Part shown: positions 17,545-25,875 of the stretch, one piece after another
Numbering within the stretch: the stretch's first letter is position 1
Layout of the letters: every line of letters begins with the position of its first letter
DNA from: Candidatus Parcubacteria bacterium
Lineage (GTDB): Bacteria > Patescibacteriota > Minisyncoccia > Phycocordibacterales > JAKFXT01
DNA length: 64,000 nt
Reading direction: 5' to 3'
Assembly: GCA_021414235.1 (NCBI GenBank)
Contig: JAIOOV010000004.1
Location: 342,157-406,156, forward strand
Made by a program: the position numbers and the translations under genes
Notes under the pieces: model-generated
Seen by the model: only the letters and a program-made list of their open reading frames with translations
The model's database searches: none
Told to the model about the DNA's origin: nothing

Positions 17545-19374
17545 ATGGACTCATCTATCGATCCAAAAGAAAATAAAGTCTCTCTTTCCGCTCTGCCGGA
17601 GCTCTGGCGCAACAGTTTGCGTCTGACCCGTATCGTGTGGACGGACCGCCCTGGCATGGTGCTCACCATGCTCGGAGTCTTGGCATTGGCATCGCTCACG
17701 CCGTTCCTTCAGAACGGCGTCTTCGCCCTGCTTCTCAATGTGCTGACCGCCGAGGCGCATGAGCATCTCTTCTCTTACCAGATCACGCTCTATACGCTCC
17801 TCTTCCTGTTCATCGCGCTCCTCACCCCGCTCCTCTATAAGCTCCAGGGGTATATCTCCAAGCTTTTCTATTTCTACCTCGGCCAGAAGTTCGAGCTTCT
17901 TGTGCTCTCTCGCCGCGCGGAACTCGATGTAGCAATCCAGGAGGATCCTAAGAAGAACGACCTCTTCATGAAGATCGAAGAGGGTAGTACGCACCGTGCG
18001 CAGAACTTCGTGGATCGGCAGTTCTACATCTACCAGAACCTGGTGGAGATCGTCTTCGCCTCTGCCATCATTCTCTATGCTGATTGGTGGGTCCTGCTCG
18101 TACTTCTCGCTGGCACCCTCCCGGAGCTCCTCATCGAAGGACGCTACGGCACGGAGATCTGGGGCATCTACAGCACTAAGGCCGAGTTCCGCCGCCAGTT
18201 CTGGAATCTGCGCAGTCACTTTACCAATATCCCGAATCTGGTAGAGCTCCGCCTCTTCCAGAACGTAAAGCATTTCTATGACCGCATTGCGGCGCTCTTT
18301 GAGATCTTCCAGAGCGACCAGCGCACTGCGGAGAAGCGTAAGATCAAGCACACCATGAGCGGCGCGCTCATCTCCCAGCTCGCCATAGGCTTTACTCTCT
18401 TCTGGTTCATCTACCAGGTGGTGCAGGGGGAGATAGAGATCGGTACGCTCACTTTCCTGCTTACTTCCGTGACCGCACTCCGTGGCGCGCTCTCTGGTCT
18501 CTTTGCCAACATCGGTCGCCAGTACAGCGACAGTCTCTTCGTTAGTGACTATTTCAAATTCCTTAATCTGCCGGATGTGGTGGTAAAGCCGGTCGCGGGC
18601 ATCGTCCTCCCCAAGGATCTCACTCCAGAGATTGTCTTTGAGAAGGTCAGCTTCCGCTATGAAGGCGCGGAGCAGTGGGCTCTCAAAGATCTCTCGCTTA
18701 CCATAAAGCCGGGAGCCAAGCTCGCTGTAGTGGGTGTGAACGGAGCAGGCAAGACCACCTTTGTGAAGCTGCTCTGCCGTTTCTATGACCCCACGGAGGG
18801 GCGCATCCTCATCGGCGGTCACGATCTGCGCACGCTCGATATCGAGAGCTGGTATCACCACCTCGGCATCCTCTTCCAGGATTACGCCTCGTATCACTTC
18901 CCGGTGAAGGAGGCTATCGCCATAGGGCGCACTGACATCCCGCTTGATATGGAGCGGGTCAAGGATGCTGCTGAGTCAGGCGAAGCACAGATCTTCATCG
19001 AGCATTGGGGTAATGCTTACGAGCAGATGCTCGGCAAGAAGTTCACCGGTGGCGTGGAGCCTTCTATCGGCCAGTGGCAGAAGCTCGCTATCGCGCGTAC
19101 CTTCTACCGCGACGCGCAGGTGCTCATCTTGGACGAGCCGACTTCCTCCATCGACGCGGAGGCGGAAGCCAAGATCTTTGAGAAGATGGAGCATCTCTCG
19201 CGCGACAAAACGGTGATCCTCATTTCGCACCGCTTCTCTACTGTGCGCCAGGCGGATCAGATCTGTATTTTGGAGGGAGGCACCATCAGCGAGCTGGGGA
19301 CGCACAAGGAGCTTCTGGAAAAGAATGGTACCTATGCACGCCTATTCAAACTACAAGCGAAGGGGTATGAGTAA
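17545..19374 (+). CDS. ABC exporter, fused permease plus ATPase (MsbA/Atm1-like)
   Basis: 6-TM N-domain, Walker A GVNGAGKTT, Walker B ILDEPTSSID; the signature motif is degenerate (SIGQWQ instead of LSGGQ). Confidence 0.85.
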   Translation: MDSSIDPKENKVSLSALPELWRNSLRLTRIVWTDRPGMVLTMLGVLALASLTPFLQNGVFALLLNVLTAEAHEHLFSYQITLYTLLFLFIALLTPLLYKLQGYISKLFYFYLGQKFELLVLSRRAELDVAIQEDPKKNDLFMKIEEGSTHRAQNFVDRQFYIYQNLVEIVFASAIILYADWWVLLVLLAGTLPELLIEGRYGTEIWGIYSTKAEFRRQFWNLRSHFTNIPNLVELRLFQNVKHFYDRIAALFEIFQSDQRTAEKRKIKHTMSGALISQLAIGFTLFWFIYQVVQGEIEIGTLTFLLTSVTALRGALSGLFANIGRQYSDSLFVSDYFKFLNLPDVVVKPVAGIVLPKDLTPEIVFEKVSFRYEGAEQWALKDLSLTIKPGAKLAVVGVNGAGKTTFVKLLCRFYDPTEGRILIGGHDLRTLDIESWYHHLGILFQDYASYHFPVKEAIAIGRTDIPLDMERVKDAAESGEAQIFIEHWGNAYEQMLGKKFTGGVEPSIGQWQKLAIARTFYRDAQVLILDEPTSSIDAEAEAKIFEKMEHLSRDKTVILISHRFSTVRQADQICILEGGTISELGTHKELLEKNGTYARLFKLQAKGYE

Positions 19375-19425
19375 TCTAGGCGTTTAAGGAAATAGCTGGT
19401 GAGAGAGGATTTATATAAAAAGTTT

Positions 19426-19470
19426 GGCGACGCTCGGATTGCTCCGTGCGTCGCCGTGTTCGTTTCTCCC
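19426..19470. terminator. Bidirectional terminator between the ABC exporter gene and the convergent minus-strand gene
   Basis: ggcgacgc..gcgtcgcc hairpin with an A-run upstream and a T-rich tail downstream. Confidence 0.55.
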
Positions 19471-19473
19471 AGA

Positions 19474-19977
19474 CTAAAAGAACGCTAGTTGCTGGGAATT
19501 GTCCTTCCTCTGTTGAGGTTTCCTGCGTGGCGCGTTACGCCGTGGTTCAAGATGTCGTCTCGGGAGGGAAGCGGGTTCTTCCTCACTCTGGAGGGGTGGA
19601 AGCTCGCAGAGGAGATTGCCGTCGTCGTCCGTCAGCATAGGAACTTCGCCGCGGGAGGCCTGGAAGAGGAACTTCTTCCACTTGTCCTCTTCTTTTCGCT
19701 CCGCAGCGATCTGTACCTGGATCTTTTCCTTTTCTTTCCAGGTTTCAGTCTTGGGCTTAGATTTCTTTTTGATCGTTCGCCTCTTCTGCTGCTCGGCTCG
19801 CCGTCGAGCCCCTTCCTTGCAGATCTCGGAAACGTAGTAATCGAGATCCCAGTAAGGGCAACCGAATTCCTTGGCGACCCTGAGCGCAATTCGCTTGAAC
19901 TCTTTCCTTTCGGGACTTGTCACCGCGCGCCAGCGGCGAGCGGTGACGGTAGTCATCTCACCAATGCTGGGGAGCAT
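19474..19977 (-). CDS. Hypothetical protein with a highly basic, charged middle region
   Basis: AAAGGAGG RBS; 167 aa; EFGCPYWDLDYYVSEIC segment, then a K/E-rich low-complexity stretch. Confidence 0.5.
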   Translation of the reverse strand: MLPSIGEMTTVTARRWRAVTSPERKEFKRIALRVAKEFGCPYWDLDYYVSEICKEGARRRAEQQKRRTIKKKSKPKTETWKEKEKIQVQIAAERKEEDKWKKFLFQASRGEVPMLTDDDGNLLCELPPLQSEEEPASLPRRHLEPRRNAPRRKPQQRKDNSQQLAFF

Positions 19978-20053
19978 GGTTCGCCTCCTTTCTGGCGTAG
20001 AGCGGGGAACCGATTTAACCTGTCTTTATTATACCACCTATTATATAAAAAGC

Positions 20054-20086
20054 AAGGGCGCGCCGGATTGGGTACCGGCTGCGCCC
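20054..20086 (-). terminator. Terminator for the 20102-20569 gene
   Basis: agggcgcgccgg..ccggctgcgccct hairpin followed on the minus strand by tttttatata. Confidence 0.5.
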
Positions 20087-20101
20087 TGGAGAGCTTTTCT
20101 C

Positions 20102-20569
20102 TCACGTGAGTGAACGTAGTGAAGGCGGAAGGATGAAAGCCTGCATGTGCTCGACAAGGGGAATGGGGATCTTTTCGACCTCAAAACCATGTTCCTCAAG
20201 AACGTCTTGGGTCTGAAGAGCTGCTACTTGGATATCCTCCTTGATGTCCAAGCTTATTCCGATTGTGAGCCAACGCTCCTCCGCTTTGAATCTGGTACCG
20301 GCTTGCTGGTGGAACCTGCGAATCGTCTCGGCGTCAAAGACGAGAGCGGTAATGCCAAATTCCTCCTTGAGATGCCGGACGATCTTTTCCTTGCTAGCGA
20401 AGAAGAACAGTGTGCCGACGGGATTGAACATCACCCCTATGCCACTTGTCCGATTTGGTTGCCGTTCCGGATAAAGGATGAAGGCTGCTGGGATGTGGCC
20501 TGGAGCTCTTGCTTTCAAGAGGCAGACATTGGATTCAGTAGGTACGTCGACCCCTTCAGTTCCAAGCAT
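20102..20569 (-). CDS. Hypothetical protein
   Basis: AGGGGG RBS, 155 aa, no recognised domain. Confidence 0.45.
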   Translation of the reverse strand: MLGTEGVDVPTESNVCLLKARAPGHIPAAFILYPERQPNRTSGIGVMFNPVGTLFFFASKEKIVRHLKEEFGITALVFDAETIRRFHQQAGTRFKAEERWLTIGISLDIKEDIQVAALQTQDVLEEHGFEVEKIPIPLVEHMQAFILPPSLRSLT

Positions 20570-20631
20570 GGTTACCCCCTGCGATAGAGAAAGGACGTCT
20601 CCAACTTGTTACCATATTTTTTATACTTTGT

Positions 20632-21081
20632 CTACGATAGTATTTCCTCTACCACTACCTTCACATCACTACCGTCAGCTGCTCCTTTGAGTTCCTTCAT
20701 GAGTGCGCCCATGAACACGCCCATCTTGGCTTTATCGGTGACACCGAGCTTCTCTTTGAGAGCGAGAGCTACTTTGCGGATCTCTTCGTGGGTCATGGAA
20801 GCGGGGAGATAGGTGTCGAGGATGGCTAGTTCAGCTTTCTCAGTATCGGCTAGATCCTGGCGGCCACCTTTCTCGAATTGCTCGATAGAGTCCTTGCGCT
20901 GCTTGACCAGGCGCTTCACCACGGCGATCTGCTCATCCTCGGTAAGGGTGTCCTGGGGCTTCTTACCCTTAGCCACGAGTTCGTTGGTGAAGGCGGCGAG
21001 GACGCCGCGGAGCACAGTGACCTTCCCGGAATCCTTGGCTTTCATTGCTGTCACTAGTTCGGTACGGATGTTTTCTTGCAT
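20632..21081 (-). CDS. yqeY: GatB/YqeY-domain protein
   Basis: MQENIRTELVTAMKAKD..VLRGVLAAFTN..YLPASMTHEEI matches the YqeY family. The real start is the internal M at 21081, not the ORF-track start at 21363. Confidence 0.75.
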   Translation of the reverse strand: MQENIRTELVTAMKAKDSGKVTVLRGVLAAFTNELVAKGKKPQDTLTEDEQIAVVKRLVKQRKDSIEQFEKGGRQDLADTEKAELAILDTYLPASMTHEEIRKVALALKEKLGVTDKAKMGVFMGALMKELKGAADGSDVKVVVEEILS

Positions 21082-21127
21082 TGTTAAAGTATAAGGATAT
21101 ATTGCGGGGAGTCCAACGGAGGCGCGC

Positions 21128-21412
21128 ATGCAACACGCTACTCGTTCCCCGATCAGGGCGTTTGCTCTGATACTGTTCTGCTTTGTCTGGTTCGCTGAGA
21201 TGATCATGGGGTGGTTTGGCAGAAATCCACTCCCTGGATCTTTCGAGGATTGGGCATGGCTTTTCGGCGGCCTCTTCTTCCTGGCTTTGGTCGCCGCGGC
21301 AGCCTGGTACTTCTGGGACTTCTCGGTCTGGAATGTTCTGGTATGGGACCTCGCCCTCGGCACGATTTATTACGTCCTATTTTGGAAGGGTCCCCAACCC
21401 ATCAAGACCTGA
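21128..21412 (+). CDS. Small membrane protein (2-3 TM helices)
   Basis: 94 aa, Trp/Phe-rich hydrophobic segments; followed by a terminator. Confidence 0.45.
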   Translation: MQHATRSPIRAFALILFCFVWFAEMIMGWFGRNPLPGSFEDWAWLFGGLFFLALVAAAAWYFWDFSVWNVLVWDLALGTIYYVLFWKGPQPIKT

Positions 21413-21420
21413 CGCAGGAA

Positions 21421-21455
21421 CCCCGCGGCGCATGCGTCGCGGGGTCGTCTTTTTA
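21421..21455 (+). terminator. Rho-independent terminator
   Basis: ccccgcggcgcatgcgtcgcgggg hairpin followed by tcgtctttttat. Confidence 0.7.
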
Positions 21456-21475
21456 TAAAATGCTAGAATAGCCGT

Positions 21476-22558
21476 ATGTCTACCACCACCATCATTCTGC
21501 TCTTCCTCGGGCTCCTTCTCCTGCTCTCCCAGGGCTTTTTCTTCTGGTGGCTCTCTCGCCGTCAGGGCGGGGGAGAGGAGAGGGGCGATACGGGCTTCAA
21601 GCTCCTCTTGGAGCAGATGAACGAGCTCACCCGTACGGTGGATCAGAAATTAGGTGAGAACTCCCGCCAGATGAACGACTCACTCCATAAGACGAGCGAG
21701 TCCTCCCAGCGCATCGTGCGGGACGTGACTGAGCGCCTCACTCGTTTGGACGAGACCAATAAGCAGGTGGTCTCTTTTGCTGATCAGTTGAAAAGTCTGC
21801 AGGACATTCTCAAGAACCCCAAGCAGCGGGGCATTCTTGGTGAGTACTACTTGGAGACCCTCCTCAAGAACGTACTGCCACCCGGGAGCTACCAGATGCA
21901 GTACGGCCTCGGCAAAGATGACGATGGGTCAGACCTCATCGTGGACGCCATCGTGCGGGTGAAGGACAAGATCATCCCCATCGACTCTAAATTTTCCCTA
22001 GAGAACTATAATCGTCTCGCAGAAGAACAGAATGAAGGGGAGAGGGTCAGGTTAGAGAAGCTTTTCGTGAGCGACCTCAAGAATCGCATCACCGAGACGG
22101 CCAAGTATATCCGTCCGAGCCAGGGCACCATGGACTTCGCCTTCATGTTCATCCCGCATGAGGCCATCTATTACGAACTCCTGGTGAACAAGATCGGCGC
22201 TATGGCAGAGGAGACGGACAACCTCATTCAGCGGGCGGCCAACAAGTACAAAGTCATCATCGTTTCGCCGACCTCCTTCCTGGCATATCTCCAGACGGTG
22301 CTCCAGGGGCTTAAGGCGATGCAGATAGAGGAGACGGCCAAGGACATCATCCTCCGGGTGGGGGAGCTCGGTAAGCACCTCAAGGCCTACGAGGAGTACC
22401 ACGGGAAGCTGGGGAACACGCTCGGTACCGTGGTGAATCACTACAATGCCTCTGGCAAGGAATTCAAGAAGATCGACAAGGATGTCATGCGCATCACCGG
22501 AGCGGGGCTCGCGATGGAGAATACTCTGATAGAGGGGCCGGAGAAGGACGCGGAGTAA
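21476..22558 (+). CDS. rmuC: DNA recombination protein RmuC
   Basis: N-terminal TM helix, long coiled coil, C-terminal RmuC nuclease-like region, 360 aa. Confidence 0.8.
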   Translation: MSTTTIILLFLGLLLLLSQGFFFWWLSRRQGGGEERGDTGFKLLLEQMNELTRTVDQKLGENSRQMNDSLHKTSESSQRIVRDVTERLTRLDETNKQVVSFADQLKSLQDILKNPKQRGILGEYYLETLLKNVLPPGSYQMQYGLGKDDDGSDLIVDAIVRVKDKIIPIDSKFSLENYNRLAEEQNEGERVRLEKLFVSDLKNRITETAKYIRPSQGTMDFAFMFIPHEAIYYELLVNKIGAMAEETDNLIQRAANKYKVIIVSPTSFLAYLQTVLQGLKAMQIEETAKDIILRVGELGKHLKAYEEYHGKLGNTLGTVVNHYNASGKEFKKIDKDVMRITGAGLAMENTLIEGPEKDAE

Positions 22559-22838
22559 TTTTGGTCATCCGGGCGATACGTGCTAAAAAGTATTAAGCAT
22601 GTACAAAGCAGAGGAGCGTCACGATGCCTCAGGATACCGAATCAGAGCCTGGCGGGATCATCCAGGATCTCTTCGAAGAAGGGCGCTTAAGACGACTGGT
22701 ACACCCGATCGCGCGGATGCCTTCCATCGATCCCCCACAACCTACGGTCGCGGAGTCCGTTAGGATTTCAGCGACCGGGCTTTCCGCAAAGGAGCGGGAA
22801 GGCTCAATGTTCGATCAGTGAGGCCGGGCTAGTCTTGG

Positions 22839-22895
22839 CCCCGCCCTTATCCAGCTTAGGCTGGATAAGGGCGGGGCGGGACTTGCCTTTTTTCG
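22839..22895 (+). terminator. Very strong terminator or attenuator hairpin (17-bp stem) 25 nt upstream of rplU
   Basis: ccccgcccttatccagc-ttag-gctggataagggcgggg followed by cgggacttgccttttttcg. Confidence 0.7.
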
Positions 22896-22919
22896 TTTTA
22901 CAGGCTAAGGTTAGCCCCT

Positions 22920-23240
22920 ATGAAGGAATTCGCGGTCATATTCACAGGGGGCAAGCAGTACAAGGTCTCTGAGGGCGACGAAATCGCCATCGAGAAATTG
23001 TCTGACGAAGCCAAGGCCGGAGACGCTATCGTCTTCGACAAAGTGCTCGTGGTGGACAACGGCCAGGACACTACCCTGGGCACTCCGTACATCTCTGGAG
23101 CCAAAGTGACCGCCACCGTACTCCAGGCAGGCCGGGCCAAGAAGGTAGAGGTGGTTAAGTACAAGGCCAAGAGCCGTTACTATAAGAACCGCGGTCATCG
23201 CCAGCCTTTCACTAAGGTGAAGATCGAGAAGCTCTCCTAA
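22920..23240 (+). CDS. rplU: 50S ribosomal protein L21
   Basis: MKEFAVIFTGGKQYKV..YKAKSRYYKNRGHRQPFTKVKI, 106 aa. Confidence 0.9.
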   Translation: MKEFAVIFTGGKQYKVSEGDEIAIEKLSDEAKAGDAIVFDKVLVVDNGQDTTLGTPYISGAKVTATVLQAGRAKKVEVVKYKAKSRYYKNRGHRQPFTKVKIEKLS

Positions 23241-23250
23241 AGAATCAAAA

Positions 23251-23278
23251 ACCCCTGCCGGGGTTGCCGGCAGGCCTT
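23251..23278. terminator. Bidirectional terminator between rplU and the convergent minus-strand gene
   Basis: cctgccgg-ggtt-gccggcagg with an A-run before it and a short T-run after. Confidence 0.55.
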
Positions 23279-23295
23279 TGGGTTCCCGATGTGTC

Positions 23296-23697
23296 TTACG
23301 CCCGAAAGCGCACTGGCTTAGGAGACATCGCGAATATCGTACGACCGGCAGAGTCCCGCATCTCGAGGAGATAGCGAGTGGTCTGGCCTCCGTTCGTTCT
23401 GATGCCGTTCACGTGGTCGTGTTCGGCGACGACGGTGACTTCGAGGCGACCCTCAAAGCACGGTTTGTCTCCGGCTCGCGCACCTACGAGGGAGGCTCGT
23501 ACCTCGGCTTTCTCTCGATCCGAAGTGGACGTCAGCGACGTGACGACGGCCTTCAGGTGGTCGAGATTGGAGCAGAAGAGCCCTCTTACTAAAAGCTTCT
23601 CTCCTGGTTGGAGAAAGGAGTTGTCCGTGTTCTGGGCGGTAGAGGGCGCGGAGAACAGCAAGAGCATTGTTACGAGGGTCGATATCGTACGCGTCAT
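23296..23697 (-). CDS. Small secreted hypothetical protein
   Basis: Signal peptide MTRTISTLVTMLLLFSAPSTAQ, AGGAG RBS, 133 aa. Confidence 0.5.
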   Translation of the reverse strand: MTRTISTLVTMLLLFSAPSTAQNTDNSFLQPGEKLLVRGLFCSNLDHLKAVVTSLTSTSDREKAEVRASLVGARAGDKPCFEGRLEVTVVAEHDHVNGIRTNGGQTTRYLLEMRDSAGRTIFAMSPKPVRFRA

Positions 23698-23757
23698 AGC
23701 GCGACTCCTGAGTGAGGGGGACGTCTGTTCTCACTATACAACGTATTTATAATCAGT

Positions 23758-24372
23758 CTAGGTGCGGTGCGTCAGTGCGCTCTTGATAGTGTCGCTGTCC
23801 ACGTATTCAAGTTCAGAGCCGGTGGAGAGGCCTCTGCCCAGCATGGAGATACGCAGGCCCTTCTCACGGAGGGGTGCGAGGAGTCCTGAGAGATATTCGG
23901 CAGTGTTCTCGCCTTCGGCGTTCACCGACATAGCCAGGATGACTTCCTTGAGGTGACCCGCTTCCATCTCTTTTGTTGCGGTAGCGAGGAACTCGCGGGA
24001 ACGTACCCGATGAGTGGGCTCTTTCTCGAGTATTGGCACAGTGCCACCGAGGACGAAGTAGCGGCCCTCGTAGGCATCGCTCTTCTCAATGTTCTCCAGG
24101 TCGATGTCTTTCTCTACTGCCATGAGGAGGCTCTTGTCGCGGCTTGGGTCGGCGCAGATAGGGCAGAGGGGGGCCTGGGTACGTCCGTTAAAGAAGCGCT
24201 GGCAGAAGGTACAGACGTGGATCTCGCGGCGGATCTCTAATATCAGATTGGAAAGCTCCTCCAGGTGCTCACGGTTCTTGGTGAGGAGGTAGTAGACGAA
24301 GCGGCGGGCCTGGCGGGGGCCTATGCCCGGAAAGTGGCGGAAAGACTCCGTGAGCTTGTCGATGCTCGACAT
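23758..24372 (-). CDS. recR: Recombination protein RecR
   Basis: HhH FPGIGPRQA, C4 zinc finger CxxC..CxxC, Toprim domain; 204 aa. Confidence 0.9.
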   Translation of the reverse strand: MSSIDKLTESFRHFPGIGPRQARRFVYYLLTKNREHLEELSNLILEIRREIHVCTFCQRFFNGRTQAPLCPICADPSRDKSLLMAVEKDIDLENIEKSDAYEGRYFVLGGTVPILEKEPTHRVRSREFLATATKEMEAGHLKEVILAMSVNAEGENTAEYLSGLLAPLREKGLRISMLGRGLSTGSELEYVDSDTIKSALTHRT

Positions 24373-24373
24373 A

Positions 24374-25750
24374 CTAGAAGGTGGCTACATCCGCGAAGTC
24401 ACCGAAGCTCGACTTGTCGATGGACTGGTAGGAAGAGCGGTCGGCGTTGAAGTAGAGCTGCACTACGCCGGTGGGGCCGTTACGGTGCTTCTCGATGAGG
24501 ATCTCGGCGATGTTGGTGCGCTCAGAAGCATCTTTGTTCTTGTCTTCGCGGTGGATGAACATGACCACGTCCGCGTCCTGCTCGATGGAACCGGAATCGC
24601 GGAGGTCGGAGAGCCGGGGCTTGCCGCCACGCTGCTCCACCGCACGGGAGAGCTGGGAGAGGGCGATGACCGGGACGTCGAGCTCGCGGGCGAGATGCTT
24701 GAGGGAGCGGGAGAGCTCCGTGACCTGCTGCACGGCAGAATCGGAGTTCTTGGTGTTGACGGGGGTCATGAGCTGGAGGTAATCCACGATGATGAGGCCG
24801 AGGTTTTTCTCGCGCTTGAGACGACGGGCCACCGAGCGCATCTTGAGGATGTTGTTGCCTGGTTGGTCGTCGATGAAGATGGGTGCCTTGGAGAGACGGT
24901 CGAGGGAGTTGCGGATACGGTCGAATTCCTCGTCACGCGAGAGATGTCCTGTACGCATGTGCCAGGCGTTCACATTGGATTCCGCGGCGAGCATGCGGTC
25001 CACCAGCTGCTGGCTGGACATTTCCAGGGAGAATACGGCCACGGTGGTGTTGTGCTCGGTAGCAGAGCGGCGGGCGATGTCGAGGGCGAGCGCTGTCTTA
25101 CCGACGGAAGGGCGGGCGGCCAGGATGATGAGGTCGGACTTCTGGAAGCCGGAGAGCATGCTGTCGATCTCCTTGAAGCCGGAAGAGACGCCGCGCAGGC
25201 CGTCTTTCTTCTCGTGGATGCGCTCAAGGCGCTCCCAGGCCTCCGCGAGCATGTCTTTCATGGCGTAGAACTTGCGGGAGCCGCCGGAGTTGCTGATGGT
25301 GTAGAGGCGCTGCTCGGCTTGATCGACGAGGGTCTCGATCTCTTCGTGCTCGCTGTAGCCGAGCTCATTGATCTCCTCGGAGGCACGGATGAGGGAGCGC
25401 AGCACGAATTTCTTGTAGACGGTATCGCCGTAGTACTTGATGTTGGCAGCAGAGGGCACGATGGAGACGATCTCTGCGAGGTAGCCTGCGCCACCCACCT
25501 GCTCCAAGAGACCTCGCTCCTTGAGACGTGAGGAGAGAGACACGATGTCGATGGGTTCGTTCTTGCTGAGGAGCTCGAGCATCACTTCCCAGATGATGCG
25601 ATGCTTCTCTGCGTAGAAGCTCTCCGGAGAGACGCTATCCAATATCTCGTGGATGGCTTCCGGACGCAGCATCACCGAGCCGAGCACGGCTTTCTCGGAC
25701 TCGATGTTCTGCGGTGGGACGCGGGCGAAGGAAGGGGAGGGGCGGGCCAT
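24374..25750 (-). CDS. dnaB: Replicative DNA helicase DnaB
   Basis: N-terminal ESEKAVLGSVM, Walker A GARPSVGKT, RecA-like core. Start at MARPSP (25750), not the ORF-track start. Confidence 0.9.
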   Translation of the reverse strand: MARPSPSFARVPPQNIESEKAVLGSVMLRPEAIHEILDSVSPESFYAEKHRIIWEVMLELLSKNEPIDIVSLSSRLKERGLLEQVGGAGYLAEIVSIVPSAANIKYYGDTVYKKFVLRSLIRASEEINELGYSEHEEIETLVDQAEQRLYTISNSGGSRKFYAMKDMLAEAWERLERIHEKKDGLRGVSSGFKEIDSMLSGFQKSDLIILAARPSVGKTALALDIARRSATEHNTTVAVFSLEMSSQQLVDRMLAAESNVNAWHMRTGHLSRDEEFDRIRNSLDRLSKAPIFIDDQPGNNILKMRSVARRLKREKNLGLIIVDYLQLMTPVNTKNSDSAVQQVTELSRSLKHLARELDVPVIALSQLSRAVEQRGGKPRLSDLRDSGSIEQDADVVMFIHREDKNKDASERTNIAEILIEKHRNGPTGVVQLYFNADRSSYQSIDKSSFGDFADVATF

Positions 25751-25875
25751 GGGTAGAAGTTTAGCATGTAGGATTTTTCCCACTCCCTTACGGAAAGGGG
25801 GTAAGCTGTGTCCAAGTTGGGGACAGGAAATGCCCTTGTTTGACAGAGGGGTTTCCTTGGCTAGCATTAAGCCCT

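Noticed and set aside
17551-18897. 448-aa minus-strand ORF
   Set aside because: Antisense to the ABC exporter gene, which has clear Walker motifs in the + frame.
22624-22821. 65-aa + strand ORF between rmuC and rplU
   Set aside because: No convincing RBS and no recognisable features. The region more likely serves as leader or attenuator for rplU. Kept only as a possibility.
24323-25531. 402-aa + strand ORF
   Set aside because: Antisense to dnaB.
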